A stretch of 64,000 nt of DNA from the human T2T-CHM13v2.0 reference genome, Homo sapiens, in the NCBI RefSeq assembly GCF_009914755.1, contig NC_060948.1; one strand, 5' to 3'. Below, in pieces: positions 42,713 to 56,965 of this stretch; positions within the stretch are counted from its first letter, which is position 1; each line of letters opens with the position of its first letter. The notes below the pieces were generated by a model. The model did no database searches and was not told the DNA's origin. It saw nothing but the letters and a program-made list of their open reading frames with translations. The translations under genes and the position numbers were made by a program.

Positions 42713-45700
42713 ACAGCCACGGAATGGAATGCACTCGAATGCAATGGAGTCGAAACTAATGGACTGGAATAGAATGGACTCGACTGGTACGGACTCCAAT
42801 GGAATGGAATCGAATGGAAGGGAATCGAACGGAATGGACTCGAAGGGAAAAGACTGCAATGGAAAGGTCTCGAATGGAATGGAAATTAATGGAATGGAAT
42901 GGAATCGAATGAAATGGAGTCAAAAGGAATGGAATCGAATGGCAAGAAATCGAATGTAATGGAATCGCAAGGAATTGATGTGAGCGGAACGGAATGGAAT
43001 GGAATCCAAAGGAATGGAATAGAATGGAATGGAATCGAATGGAAAGGACTTGAATGGAAATCACTCGAATAGAATGCAATTTAATAAAATAGGATCAAAT
43101 GTAATGGAATGGAATGGAAAGGAATCGAAACGAAAGGAATGGAGACAGATGGAATGGAATGGAACAGAGAGCAATGGTATAGAATGGAATGGAATCATCT
43201 GGAATGGAATTGAATGGAATGGAATAATATGAAATGGAATGGAATGGAATGGAATGGAATGCCCTTGAATTAAATGGACTGGAATGGAATGGACTCGAAC
43301 AGAGTGGAATGGAAAGTGTTGAGATAGAATGGAATGGACTCCTTTGGAATGGTGTAGTATGCAATGCAATCGACTGGCAGGGAATCAAAAGGAATGTAAT
43401 GGAAGGGATTGGACTGGAATGCAATGGACTCGAATAGATTGGAAACGGAATGCAAAGGAATGGAATGGAATAGTATGGAATGGAATGGAAAGGAATGGAG
43501 TGGAATAGACTAGAGTGGAATGGAATGGACTGGAAAGCAATGGACTGGAATGGAACTTTCTTGAATGGACTGGAATCAAACGGAATGGAATGCAATGCAA
43601 TCAAATGGCATGGAATAAAATAGAATGAAAGAGAATCAAATGGAATTGAATCGAATGGAATCGAATGGATTGGAAAGGAATAGAATGGAATGGAATGGAA
43701 TGGACTAGAATGGAATGGATTCGAATGGAAGGCAAAGGAATGGAATCTATTGGAATGGACTGTAATGGAATGGAATGGAAGGGATTGGAATGGACTCGAA
43801 TGGAATGGACTGCAATAGAAAGGATTCGAATGGAATGAAAAAGAATTGAATGGAATAGAACAGAATGGAATCAAATCGAATGAAATGGAATGGAATAGAA
43901 AGGAATGGAATGAAATGGAATGGAAAGGATTCGAATGGAATGCAATCGAATGGAATGGAATCGAACGGAATGGAATAAAATGGAAGAAAACTGGCAAGAA
44001 ATGGAATCGAAATGAATGGAGTGTTATGGAACGGACTCAAAAGGAATTGAATGTAATAGAATGGAGTGGAGTGGACTCGAATATAATGGACTGGAATGGA
44101 ATGAAATCACATGGAATGGGAACGAATGGAATGGAATGGAAAGGAATGGAATCGAATGGAAAGGAATCGAATGGAAGGGAATGAAATTGAATCAACAGGA
44201 ATGGAAGGGAATAGAATAGACGGTAATGGAATGGACTCGAATAGAATGGACACGAATGCTCAAATTGAATGGACTCCAATGGAATGGAAACGAAAGGAAT
44301 GTCATCGAATAGAATTGAATCGACTGGAATGAAATCGCAAGAATGGAGTGGAATCAAATGGAATTGAATCGAAAGGAAAGGAAGCGAATGGACTGAAATG
44401 AAATGGAATGGAATTGAATGGAAAGTAATGCAATGGAATAGAATGGAACGAAATTTCACGGAATGGAATCAAACTGAAAGGAATCAAATCAATGGAATCT
44501 AATCAAATGGAATGGAAGGGAATTGAATGGAGTAGATTGGATTGGATGGGATTGGAGTGAAATGTACTGGAAAGGACTCGAATTTCATGAAACGGAATGG
44601 AATGAATTGGAACGGAATGGACTCGAATGGAATGGAATGTCATGGAATGGCATCAAATGGAATGGCATCAAATGGAATGGAATCGAATGCAATGGAATGC
44701 TATGGAATGGAATGGAATGCATTGGAATGGAATGTCCTCTAATGGAATGGATTCGAGTGGAATGGAATCGAATATAATGGAGTCGAATGAAATGGAATTG
44801 AAAGGAATGGGATCGAATACAATGGAATATGCTGGAATGTAATGTAATGAACTCGAATGTAATTGACTGGAATGGAATGTACATGAATGGAATGTAATCG
44901 AATGGAAAGTAATCCAATGGAATAGAATCTAATGCAATAAAATCGACTCAGATAGAGTAGAATGTAATGGAATGGAGTGCAGTACAATGGAATGGAATGG
45001 AATGCAATGGAATGGAATGGAATGGAATGGAATGGAATGGAATGGAATGGGATGGAATGGGATGGAATGGTATGGAGTGGATAGTAATGGACTGGAGTGA
45101 AATGGACTGGAAAGGAATGGACTCAAATTGAAAGGGCTCGAAAGGAATGGAGTGAAATGGAATGGTCTGGAATGGAATGAACACGAATGTAATGCAATCC
45201 AATAGAATGGAATCGAATGGCATGGAATATAAAGAAATGGAATCGAAGAGAATGGAAACAAATGGAATGGAATTGAATGGAATGGAATTGAATGGGATGG
45301 GAACGAATGGAGTGAAATTGTATGCAGTAGAAGGGAATAGAATGGAATGCAAGCGAAAGGAAAGGAATGGATTGGAATGGAATGGAATTCATTGGAATGG
45401 AAGGGAATGTAGTGTAATGGACAGGCCTGGAATAAAGTGGAATGCTACGGTCTCGAATGGAATAAAAATGTATGGAATGGAATGCAATGAAACGGAATCG
45501 AATGTCATAGAATGTAATGGAATGCAAAAAAATGGAATCCAAAATCATTGACTGGAAAGGCTGGGTGTCGAAAGGAATTGACTCCAATGATATGGAATCG
45601 AATGGAATGGAAGTGAATAGAATCGAACTAAATCGAATGGAATGGAATTGATAGGAACGGAATGGAAAGGAATGCAATGAATTGGCATGGAATGGAATCG

Positions 45701-46265
45701 AATGGCATCGAATGGAATGGAATGGAATGCAATGGAATGGAATGTATTAGAATGTAATGAACTTTAATGGAATGTACTCGAATGGATTCGACTGGAATGG
45801 AATGTTCTGGAAGTGAATGGACTCCAATGGAATGGATTCAAAAGGAATGGAATCGTACGGAATGGAATCTAATGGAATGGAATTAAATGGAAATGAATCA
45901 AATTGAATAGCACGGAATTGAATTGAATGGAATTGAATGCAATGGAATCTAATGAAACGGAAAGGAAAGGAATGGAATGGAATGGAATGGGCTGGAATGG
46001 AAAGGAATCGAAACGAATGGAATGGAATCGAACTGAAGAGACTGGAATGGAATGCACTGGAATGGAAGGGAGTGTAATGGAAGGTTCTCGAAAAAAATGG
46101 AATCGAATGGAATGGAATTGAATGGAACGGAATAGAGTCGAATGGAATTGAATGGAATGGAATGGACTAGAGTGAAATGGAATCGAACCACAAGGAATGG
46201 ACAGGAATAGAATGGTCTCGAATTGAATGGAATCGTATGGAATGGCATCAAACGGAATGGAATGG
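42713..46265 (+). repeat. Unit U13 (3553 bp), 'B' haplotype
   Basis: Landmarks at 42713 and 46266. 15-bp deletion near 43701 and CGCAAG deletion near 44339. Confidence 0.9.
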
Positions 46266-49200
46266 ACAGCCACGGAATGGAATGCACTCGAATGCAATGG
46301 AGTCGAAACTAATGGACTGGAATAGAATGGACTCGACTGGTACGGACTCCAATGGAATGGAATCGAATGGAAGGGAATCGAACGGAATGGACTCGAAGGG
46401 AAAAGACTGCAATGGAAAGGTCTCGAATGGAATGGAAATTAATGGAATGGAATGGAATCGAATGAAATGGAGTCAAAAGGAATGGAATCGAATGGCAAGA
46501 AATCGAATGTAATGGAATCGCAAGGAATTGATGTGAATGGAGCGGAATGGAATGGAATCCAAAGGAATGGAATCGAATGGAAAGGACTCGAATGGAAATC
46601 ACTCGAATAGAATGCAATTTAATAAAATAGGATCAAATGTAATGGAATGGAATGGAAAGGAATCGAAACGAAAGGAATGGAGACAGATGGAATGGAATGG
46701 AACAGAGAGCAATGGTATAGAATGGAATGGAATCATCTGGAATGGAATTGAATGGAATGGAATAATATGAAATGGAATGGAATGGAATGGAATGGAATGC
46801 CCTTGAATTAAATGGACTGGAATGGAATGGACTCGAACAGAGTGGAATGGAAAGTGTTGAGATAGAATGGAATGGACTCCTTTGGAATGGTGTAGTATGC
46901 AATGCAATCGACTGGCAGGGAATCAAAAGAAATGTAATGGAATGGATTGGACTGGAATGCAATGGACTCGAATAGATTGGAAACGGAATGCAAAGGAATG
47001 GAATGGAATAGTATGGAATGGAATGGAAAGGAATGGAGTGGAATAGACTAGAGTGGAATGGAATGGACTGGAAAGCAATGGACTGGAATGGAACTTTCTT
47101 GAATGGACTGGAATCAAACGGAATGGAATGCAATGCAATCAAATGGCATGGAATAAAATAGAATGAAAGAGAATCAAATGGAATTGAATCGAATGGAATC
47201 GAATGGATTGGAAATTAATAGAATGGAATGGAATGGAATTGACTCGAATGGAATGGACTAGAATGGAATGGATTCGAATGGAAGGCAAAGGAATGGAATC
47301 TATTGGAATGGACTGTAATGGAATGGAATGGAAAGGATTGGAATGGACTCGAATGGAATGGACTGCAATAGAAAGGATTCGAATGGAATGAAAAAGAATT
47401 GAATGGAATAGAACAGAATGGAATCAAATCGAATGAAATGAAATGGAATAGAAAGGAATGGAATGAAATGGAATGGAAAGGATTCGAATGGAATGCAATC
47501 GAATGGAATGGAATCGAACGGAATGGAATAAAATGGAAGAAAACTGGCAAGAAATGGAATCGAAATGAATGGAGTGTTATGGAACGGACTCAAAAGGAAT
47601 TGAATGTAATAGAATGGAGTGGAGTGGACTCGAATATAATGGAATGGAATGGAATGAAATCACAAGGAATGGGAACGAATGGAATGGAATGGAAAGGAAT
47701 GGAATCGAATGGAAAGGAATCGAATGGAAGGGAATGAAATTGAATCAACAGGAATGGAAGGGAATAGAATAGACGGTAATGGAATGGACTCGAATAGAAT
47801 GGACACGAATGCTCAAATTGAATGGACTCGAATGGAATGGAAACGAAAGGAATGTCATCGAATGGAATTGAATCGATTGGAATGAAATCGCATAGAATGG
47901 AGTGGAATCAAATGGAATTGAATCGAAAGGAAAGGAAGCGAATGGACTGAAATGAAATGGAATGGAATTGAATGGAAAGTAATGCAATGGAATAGAATGG
48001 AACGAAATTTCACGGAATGGAATCAAACTGAATGGAATCAAATCAATGGAATCAAATCAAATGGAATGGAAAGGAATTGAATGGAGTAGATTGGATTGGA
48101 TGGGATTGGAATGAAATGTACTGGAAAGGACTCGAATTTCATGAAACGGAATGGAATGAATTGGAACGGAATGGACTCGAATGGAATGGAATGTCATGGA
48201 ATGGCATCAAATGGAATGGCATCAAATGGAATGGAATCGAATGCAATGGAATGCTATGGAATGGAATGGAATGCATTGGAATGGAATGTCCTCTAATGGA
48301 ATGGATTCGAGTGGAATGGAATCGAATATAATGGAGTCGAATGAAATGGAATTGAAAGGAGTGGGATCGAATACAATGGAATATACTGGAATGTAATGTA
48401 ATGAACTCGAATGTAATTGACTGGAATGGAATGTACATGAATGGAATGTAATCGAATGGAAAGTAATCCAATGGAATAGAATCTAATGCAATAAAACCGA
48501 CTCAGATAGAGTAGAATGTAATGGAATGGAGTGCAGTGCAATGGAATGGAATGGAATGGAAGGCAATGGAATGGAATGGAATGGAATGGAATGGAATGGA
48601 ATGGAATGGAATGGGATGGAATGGGATGGAATGGATAGTAATGGACTGGAGTGAAAGGGACTGGAAAGGAATGGACTCAAATTGAAAGGGCTCGAAAGGA
48701 ATGGAGTCAAATGGAATGGTCTGGAATGGAATGAACACGAATGTAATGCAATCCAATAGAATGGAATCGAATGGCATGGAATATAAAGAAATGGAATAGA
48801 AGAGAATGGAAACAAATGGAATGGAATTGAATGGAATGGAATTGAATGGAATGGGAACGAATGGAGTGAAATTGTATGCAGTAGAAGAGAATAGAATGGA
48901 ATGCAAGCGAAAGGAAAGGAATGGATTGGAATGGAATGGAATTCATTGGAATGGAAGGGAATGTAGTGTAATGGACAGGCCTGGAATAAAGTGGAATGCT
49001 ACGGTCTCGAATGGAATAAAAATGTATGGAATGGAATGCAATGAAACGGAATCGAATGTCATAGAATGTAATGGAATGCAAAAAAATGGAATCCAAAATC
49101 ATTGACTGGAAAGGCTGGGTGTCGAAAGGAATTGACTCCAATGGAATGGAATCGAATGGAATGGAAGTGAATAGAATCGAACTAAATCGAATGGAATGGA

Positions 49201-49819
49201 ATTGATAGGAACGGAATGGAAAGGAATGCAATGATTTGGCATGGAATGGAATCGAATGGCATCGAATGGAATGGAATGGAATGCAATGGAATGGAATGTA
49301 TTAGAATGTAATGAACTTTAATGGAATGTACTCGAATGGATTCGACTGGAATGGAATGTTCTGGAAGTGAATGGACTCCAATGGAATGGATTCAAAAGGA
49401 ATGGAATCGTACGGAATGGAATCTAATGGAATGGAATTAAATGGAAATGAATCAAATTGAATAGCACGGAATTGAATTGAATGGAATGGAATGCAATGGA
49501 ATCTAATGAAACGGAAAGGAAAGGAATGGAATGGAATGGAAAGGGCTGGAATGGAAAGGAATCGAAACGAATGGAATGGAATCGAACTGAAGAGACTGGA
49601 ATGGAATGCACTGGAATGGAAGGGAGTGTAATGGAAGGTTCTCGAAAAAAATGGAATCGAATGGAATGGAATTGAATGGAACGGAATAGAGTCGAATGGA
49701 ATTGAATGGAATGGAATGGACTAGAGTGAAATGGAATCGAACCACAAGGAATGGACAGGAATAGAATGGTCTCGAATTGAATGGAATCGTATGGAATGGC
49801 ATCAAACGGAATGGAATGG
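46266..49819 (+). repeat. Unit U14 (3554 bp), 'C' haplotype
   Basis: Landmarks at 46266 and 49820. Same 15-bp deletion and GTGAATGGAGCGG variant as U11. Confidence 0.9.
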
Positions 49820-52800
49820 ACAGCCACGGAATGGAATGCACTCGAATGCAATGGAGTCGAAACTAATGGACTGGAATAGAATGGACTCGACTGGTACGGA
49901 CTCCAATGGAATGGAATCGAATGGAAGGGAATCGAACGGAATGGACTCGAAGGGAAAAGACTGCAATGGAAAGGTCTCGAATGGAATGGAAATTAATGGA
50001 ATGGAATGGAATCGAATGAAATGGAGTCAAAAGGAATGGAATCGAATGGCAAGAAATCGAATGTAATGGAATCGCAAGGAATTGATGTGAACGGAACGGA
50101 ATGGAATGGAATCCAAAGGAATGGAATAGAATGGAATGGAATCGAATGGAAAGGACTCGAATGGAAATCACTCGAATAGAATGCAATTTAATAAAATAGG
50201 ATCAAATGTAATGGAATGGAATGGAAAGATATCGAAACGAAAGGAATGGAGACAGATGGAATGGAATGGAACAGAGAGCAATGGTATAGAATGGAATGGA
50301 ATCATCTGGAATGGAATTGAATGGAATGGAATAATATGAAATGGAATGGAATGGAATGGAATGGAATGGAATGGAATGCCCTTGAATTAAATGGACTGGA
50401 ATGGAATGGACTCGAACAGAGTGGAATGGAAAGTGTTGAGATAGAATGGAATGGACTCCTTTGGAATGGTGTAGTATGCAATGCAATCGACTGGCAGGGA
50501 ATCAAAAGGAATGTAATCGAATGGATTGGACTGGAATGCAGTGGACTCGAATAGATTGGAAACGGAATGCAAAGGAATGGAATGGAATAGTATGGAATGG
50601 AATGGAAAGGAATGGAGTGGAATAGACTAGAGTGGAATGGAATGGACTGGAAAGCAATGGACTGGAATGGAACTTTCTTGAATGGACTGGAATCAAACGG
50701 AATGGAATGCAATGCAATCAAATGGCATGGAATAAAATAGAATGAAAGAGAATCAAATGGAATTGAATCGAATGGAATCGAATGGATTGGAAAGGAATAG
50801 AATGGAATGGAATGGAATTGACTCAAATGGAATGGACTAGAATGGAATGGATTCGAATGGAAGGCAAAGGAATGGAATCTATTGGAATGGACTGTAATGG
50901 AATGGAATGGAAGGGATTGGAATGGACTCGAATGGAATGGACTGCAATAGAAAGGATTCGAATGGAATGAAAAAGAATTGAATGGAATAGAACAGAATGG
51001 AATCAAATCGAATGAAATGGAATGGAATAGAAAGGAATGGAATGAAATGGAATGGAAAGGATTCGAATGGAATGCAATCGAATGGAATGGAATCGAACGG
51101 AATGGAATAAAATGGAAGAAAACTGGCAAGAAATGGAATCGAAATGAATGGAGTGTTATGGAACGGACTCAAAAGGAATTGAATGTAATAGAATGGAGTG
51201 GAGTGGACTCGAATATAATGGACTGGAATGGAATGAAATCACATGGAATGGGAACGAATGGAATGGAATGGAAAGGAATGGAATCGAATGGAAAGGAATC
51301 GAATGGAAGGGAATGAAATTGAATCAACAGGAATGGAAGGGAATAGAATAGACGGTAATGGAATGGACTCGAATAGAATGGACACGAATGCTCAAATTGA
51401 ATGGACTCCAATGGAATGGAAACGAAAGGAATGTCATCGAATAGAATTGAATCGATTGGAATGAAATCGCAAGAATGGAGTGGAATCAAATGGAATTGAA
51501 TCGAAAGGAAAGGAAGCGAATGGACTGAAATGAAATGGAATGGAATTGAATGGAAAGTAATGCAATGGAATAGAATGGAACGAAATTTCACGGAATGGAA
51601 TCAAACTGAAAGGAATCAAATCAATGGAATCTAATCAAATGGAATGGAAGGGAATTGAATGGAGTAGATTGGATTGGATGGGATTGGAGTGAAATGTACT
51701 GGAAAGGACTCGAATTTCATGAAACGGAATGGAATGAATTGGAACGGAATGGACTCGAATGGAATGGAATGTCATGGAATGGCATCAAATGGAATGGCAT
51801 CAAATGGAATGGAATCGAATGCAATGGAATGCTATGGAATGGAATGGAATGCATTGGAATGGAATGTCCTCTAATGGAATGGATTCGAGTGGAATGGAAT
51901 CGAATATAATGGAGTCGAATGAAATGGAATTGAAAGGAATGGGATCGAATACAATGGAATATGCTGGAATGTAATGTAATGAACTCGAATGTAATTGACT
52001 GGAATGGAATGTACATGAATGGAATGTAATCGAATGGAAAGTAATCCAATGGAATAGAATCTAATGCAATAAAATCGACTCAGATAGAGTAGAATGTAAT
52101 GGAATGGAGTGCAGTACAATGGAATGGAATGGAATGCAATGGAATGGAATGGAATGGAATGGAATGGGATGGAATGGGATGGAATGGTATGGAATGGATA
52201 GTAATGGACTGGAGTGAAATGGACTGGAAAGGAATGGACTCAAATTGAAAGGGCTCGAAAGGAATGGAGTCAAATGGAATGGTCTGGAATGGAATGAACA
52301 CGAATGTAATGCAATCCAATAGAATGGAATCGAATGGCATGGAATATAAAGAAATGGAATCGAAGAGAATGGAAACAAATGGAATGGAATTGAATGGAAT
52401 GGAATTGAATGGAATGGGAACGAATGGAGTGAAATTGTATGCAGTAGAAGGGAATAGAATGGAATGCAAGCGAAAGGAAAGGAATGGATTGGAATGGAAT
52501 GGAATTCATTGGACTGGAAGGGAATGTAGTGTAATGGACAGGCCTGGAATAAAGTGGAATGCTACTGTCTCGAATGGAATAAAAATGTATGGAATGGAAT
52601 GCAATGAAACGGAATCGAATGTCATAGAATGTAATGGAATGCAAAAAAATGGAATCCAAAATCATTGACTGGAAAGGCTGGGTGTCAAAAGGAATTGACT
52701 CCAATGGAATGGAATCGAATGGAATGGAAGTGAATAGAATCGAACTAAATCGAATGGAATGGAATTGATAGGAACGGAATGGAAAGGAATGCAATGAATT

Positions 52801-53382
52801 GGCATGGAATGGAATCGAATGGCATCGAATGGAATGGAATGGAATGCAATGGAATGGAATGTATTAGAATGTAATGAACTTTAATGGAATGTACTCGAAT
52901 GGATTCGACTGGAATGGAATGTTCTGGAAGTGAATGGACTCCAATGGAATGGATTCAAAAGGAATGGAATCGTACGGAATGGAATCTAATGGAATGGAAT
53001 TAAATGGAAATGAATCAAATTGAATAGCACGGAATTGAATTGAATGGAATGGAATGCAATGGAATCTAATGAAACGGAAAGGAAAGGAATGGAATGGAAT
53101 GGAATGGGCTGGAATGGAAAGGAATCGAAACGAATGGAATGGAATCGAACTGAAGAGACTGGAATGGAATGCACTGGAATGGAAGAGAGTGTAATGGAAG
53201 GTTCTCGAAAAAAATGGAATCGAATGGAATGGAATTGAATGGAACGGAATAGAGTCGAATGGAATTGAATGGAATGGAATGGACTAGAGTGAAATGGAAT
53301 CGAACCACAAGGAATGGACAGGAATAGAATGGTCTCGAATTGAATGGAATCGTATGGAATGGCATCAAACGGAATGGAATGG
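49820..53382 (+). repeat. Unit U15 (3563 bp), 'B' haplotype
   Basis: Landmarks at 49820 and 53383. CGCAAG deletion near 51471. Confidence 0.9.
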
Positions 53383-56300
53383 ACAGCCACGGAATGGAAT
53401 GCACTCGAATGCAATGGAGTCGAAACTAATGGACTGGAATAGAATGGACTCGACTGGTACGGACTCCAATGGAATGGAATCGAATGGAAGGGAATCAAAC
53501 GGAATGGACTCGAAGGGAAAAGACTGCAATGGAAAGGTCTCGAATGGAATGGAAATTAATGGAATGGAATGGAATCGAATGAAATGGAGTCAAAAGGAAT
53601 GGAATCGAATGGCAAGAAATCGAATGTAATGGAATCGCAAGGAATTGATGTGAACGGAACGGAATGGAATGGAATCCAAAGGAATGGAATAGAATGGAAT
53701 GGAATCGAATGGAAAGGACTCGAATGGAAATCACTCGAATAGAATGCAATTTAATAAAATAGGATCAAATGTAATGGAATGGAATGGAAAGGAATCGAAA
53801 CGAAAGGAATGGAGACAGATGGAATGGAATGGAACAGAGAGCAATGGTATAGAATGGAATGGAATCATCTGGAATGGAATTGAATGGAATGGAATAATAT
53901 GAAATGGAATGGAATGGAATGGAATGGAATGGAATGGAATGGAATGGAATGCCCTTGAATTAAATGGACTGGAATGGAATGGACTCGAACAGAGTGGAAT
54001 GGAAAGTGTTGAGATAGAATGCAATGGACTCCTTCGGAATGGTCTAGTATGCAATGCAATCGACTGGCAGGGAATCAAAAGGAATGTAATCGAATGGATT
54101 GGACTGGAATGCAGTGGACTCGAATAGATTGGAAACGGAATGCAAAGGAATGGAATGGAATAGTATGGAATGGAATGGAAAGGAATGGAGTGGAATAGAC
54201 TAGAGTGGAATGGAATGGACTGGAAAGCAATGGACTGGAATGGAACTTTCTTGAATGGACTGGAATCAAACGGAATGGAATGCAATGCAATCAAATGGCA
54301 TGGAATAAAATAGAATGAAAGAGAATCAAATGGAATTGAATCGAATGGAATCGAATGGATTGGAAAGGAATAGAATGGAATGGAATGGAATTGACTCAAA
54401 TGGAATGGACTAGAATGGAATGGATTCGAATGGAAGGCAAAGGAATGGAATCTATTGGAATGGACTGTAATGGAATGGAATGGAAGGGATTGGAATGGAC
54501 TCGAATGGAATGGACTGCAATAGAAAGGATTCGAATGGAATGAAAAAGAATTGAACGGAATAGAACAGAATGGAATCAAATCGAATGAAATGGAATGGAA
54601 TAGAAAGGAATGGAATGAAATGGAATGGAAAGGATTCGAATGGAATGCAATCGAATGGAATGGAATCGAACGGAATGGAATAAAATGGAAGAAAACTGGC
54701 AAGAAATGGAATCGAAATGAATGGAGTGTTATGGAACGGACTCAAAAGGAATTGAATGTAATAGAATGGAGTGGAGTGGACTCGAATATAATGGACTGGA
54801 ATGGAATGAAATCACATGGAATGGGAACGAATGGAATGGAATGGAAAGGAATGGAATCGAATGGAAAGGAATCGAATGGAAGGGAATGAAATTGAATCAA
54901 CAGGAATAGAAGGGAATAGAATAGACGGTAATGGAATGGACTCGAATAGAATGGACACGAATGCTCAAATTGAATGGACTCCAATGGAATGGAAACGAAA
55001 GGAATGTCATCGAATAGAATTGAATCGATTGGAATGAAATCGCAAGAATGGAGTGGAATCAAATGGAATTGAATCGAAAGGAAAGGAAGCGAATGGACTG
55101 AAATGAAATGGAATGGAATTGAATGGAAAGTAATGCAATGGAATAGAATGGAACGAAATTTCACGGAATGGAATCAAACTGAAAGGAATCAAATCAATGG
55201 AATCTAATCAAATGGAATGGAAAGGAATTGAATGGAGTAGATTGGATTGGATGGGATTCTAGTGAAATGTACTGGAAAGGACTCGAATTTCATGAAACGG
55301 AATGGAATGAATTGGAACGGAATGGACTCGAATGGAATGGAATGTCATGGAATGGCATCAAATGGAATGGCATCAAATGGAATGGAATCGAATGCAATGG
55401 AATGCTATGGAATGGAATGGAATGCATTGGAATGGAATGTCCTCTAATGGAATGGATTCGAGTGGAATGGAATCAAATATAATGGAGTCGAATGAAATGG
55501 AATTGAAAGGAATGGGATCGAATGCAATGGAATATACTGGAATGTAATGTAATGAACTCGAATGTAATTGACTGGAATGGAATGTACATGAATGGAATGT
55601 AATCGAATGGAAAGTAATCCAATGGAATAGAATCTAATGCAATAAAATCGACTCAGATAGAGTAGAATGTAATGGAATGGAGTGCAGTACAATGGAATGG
55701 AATGGAATGCAATGGAATGGAATGGAATGGAATGGAATGGAATGGAATGGAATGGAATGGGATGGAATGGGATGGAATGGATAGTAATGGACTGGAGTGA
55801 AATGGACTGGAAAGGAATGGACTCAAATTGAAAGGGCTCGAAAGGAATGGAGTCAAATGGAATGGTCTGGAATGGAATGAACACGAATGTAATGCAATCC
55901 AATAGAATGGAATCGAATGGCATGGAATATAAAGAAATGGAATCGAAGAGAATGGAAACAAATGGAATGGAATTGAATGGAATGGAATTGAATGGAATGG
56001 GAACGAATGGAGTGAAATTGTATGCAGTAGAAGGGAATAGAATGGAATGCAAGCGAAAGGAAAGGAATGGATTGGAATGGAATGGAATTCATTGGAATGG
56101 AAGGGAATGTAGTGAAATGGACAGGCCTGGAATAAAGTGGAATGCTACGGTCTCGAATGGAATAAAAATGTATGGAATGGAATGCAATGAAACGGAATCG
56201 AATGTCATAGAATGTAATGGAATGCAAAAAAATGGAATCCAAAATCATTGACTGGAAAGGCTGGGTGTCGAAAGGAATTGACTCCAATGGAATGGAATCG

Positions 56301-56965
56301 AATGGAATGGAAGTGAATAGAATCGAACTAAATCGAATGGAATGGAATTGATAGGAACGGAATGGAAAGGAATGCAATGATTTGGCATGGAATGGAATCG
56401 AATGGCATCGAATGGAATGGAATGGAATGCAATGGAATGGAATGTATTAGAATGTAATGAACTTTAATGGAATGTACTCGAATGGATTCGACTGGAATGG
56501 AATGTTCTGGAAGTGAATGGACTCCAATGGAATGGATTCCAAAGGAATGGAATCGTACGGAATGGAATCTAATGGAATGGAATTAAATGGAAATGAATCA
56601 AATTGAATAGCACGGAATTGAATTGAATGGAATGGAATGCAATGGAATCTAATGAAACGGAAAGGAAAGGAATGGAATGGAATGGACTGGACTGGAATGG
56701 AAAGGAATCGAAACGAATGGAATGGAATCGAACTGAAGAGACTGGAATGGAATGCACTGGAATGGAAGGGAGTGTAATGGAAGGTTCTCGAAAAAAATGG
56801 AATCGAATGGAATGGAATTGAATGGAACGGAATAGAGTCGAATGGAATTGAATGGAATGGAATGGACTAGAGTGAAATGGAATCGAACCACAAGGAATGG
56901 ACAGGAATAGAATGGTCTCGAATTGAATGGAATCGTATGGAATGGCATCAAACGGAATGGAATGG
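53383..56965 (+). repeat. Unit U16 (3583 bp), 'B' haplotype
   Basis: Landmarks at 53383 and 56966. CGCAAG deletion near 55044. Confidence 0.9.
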
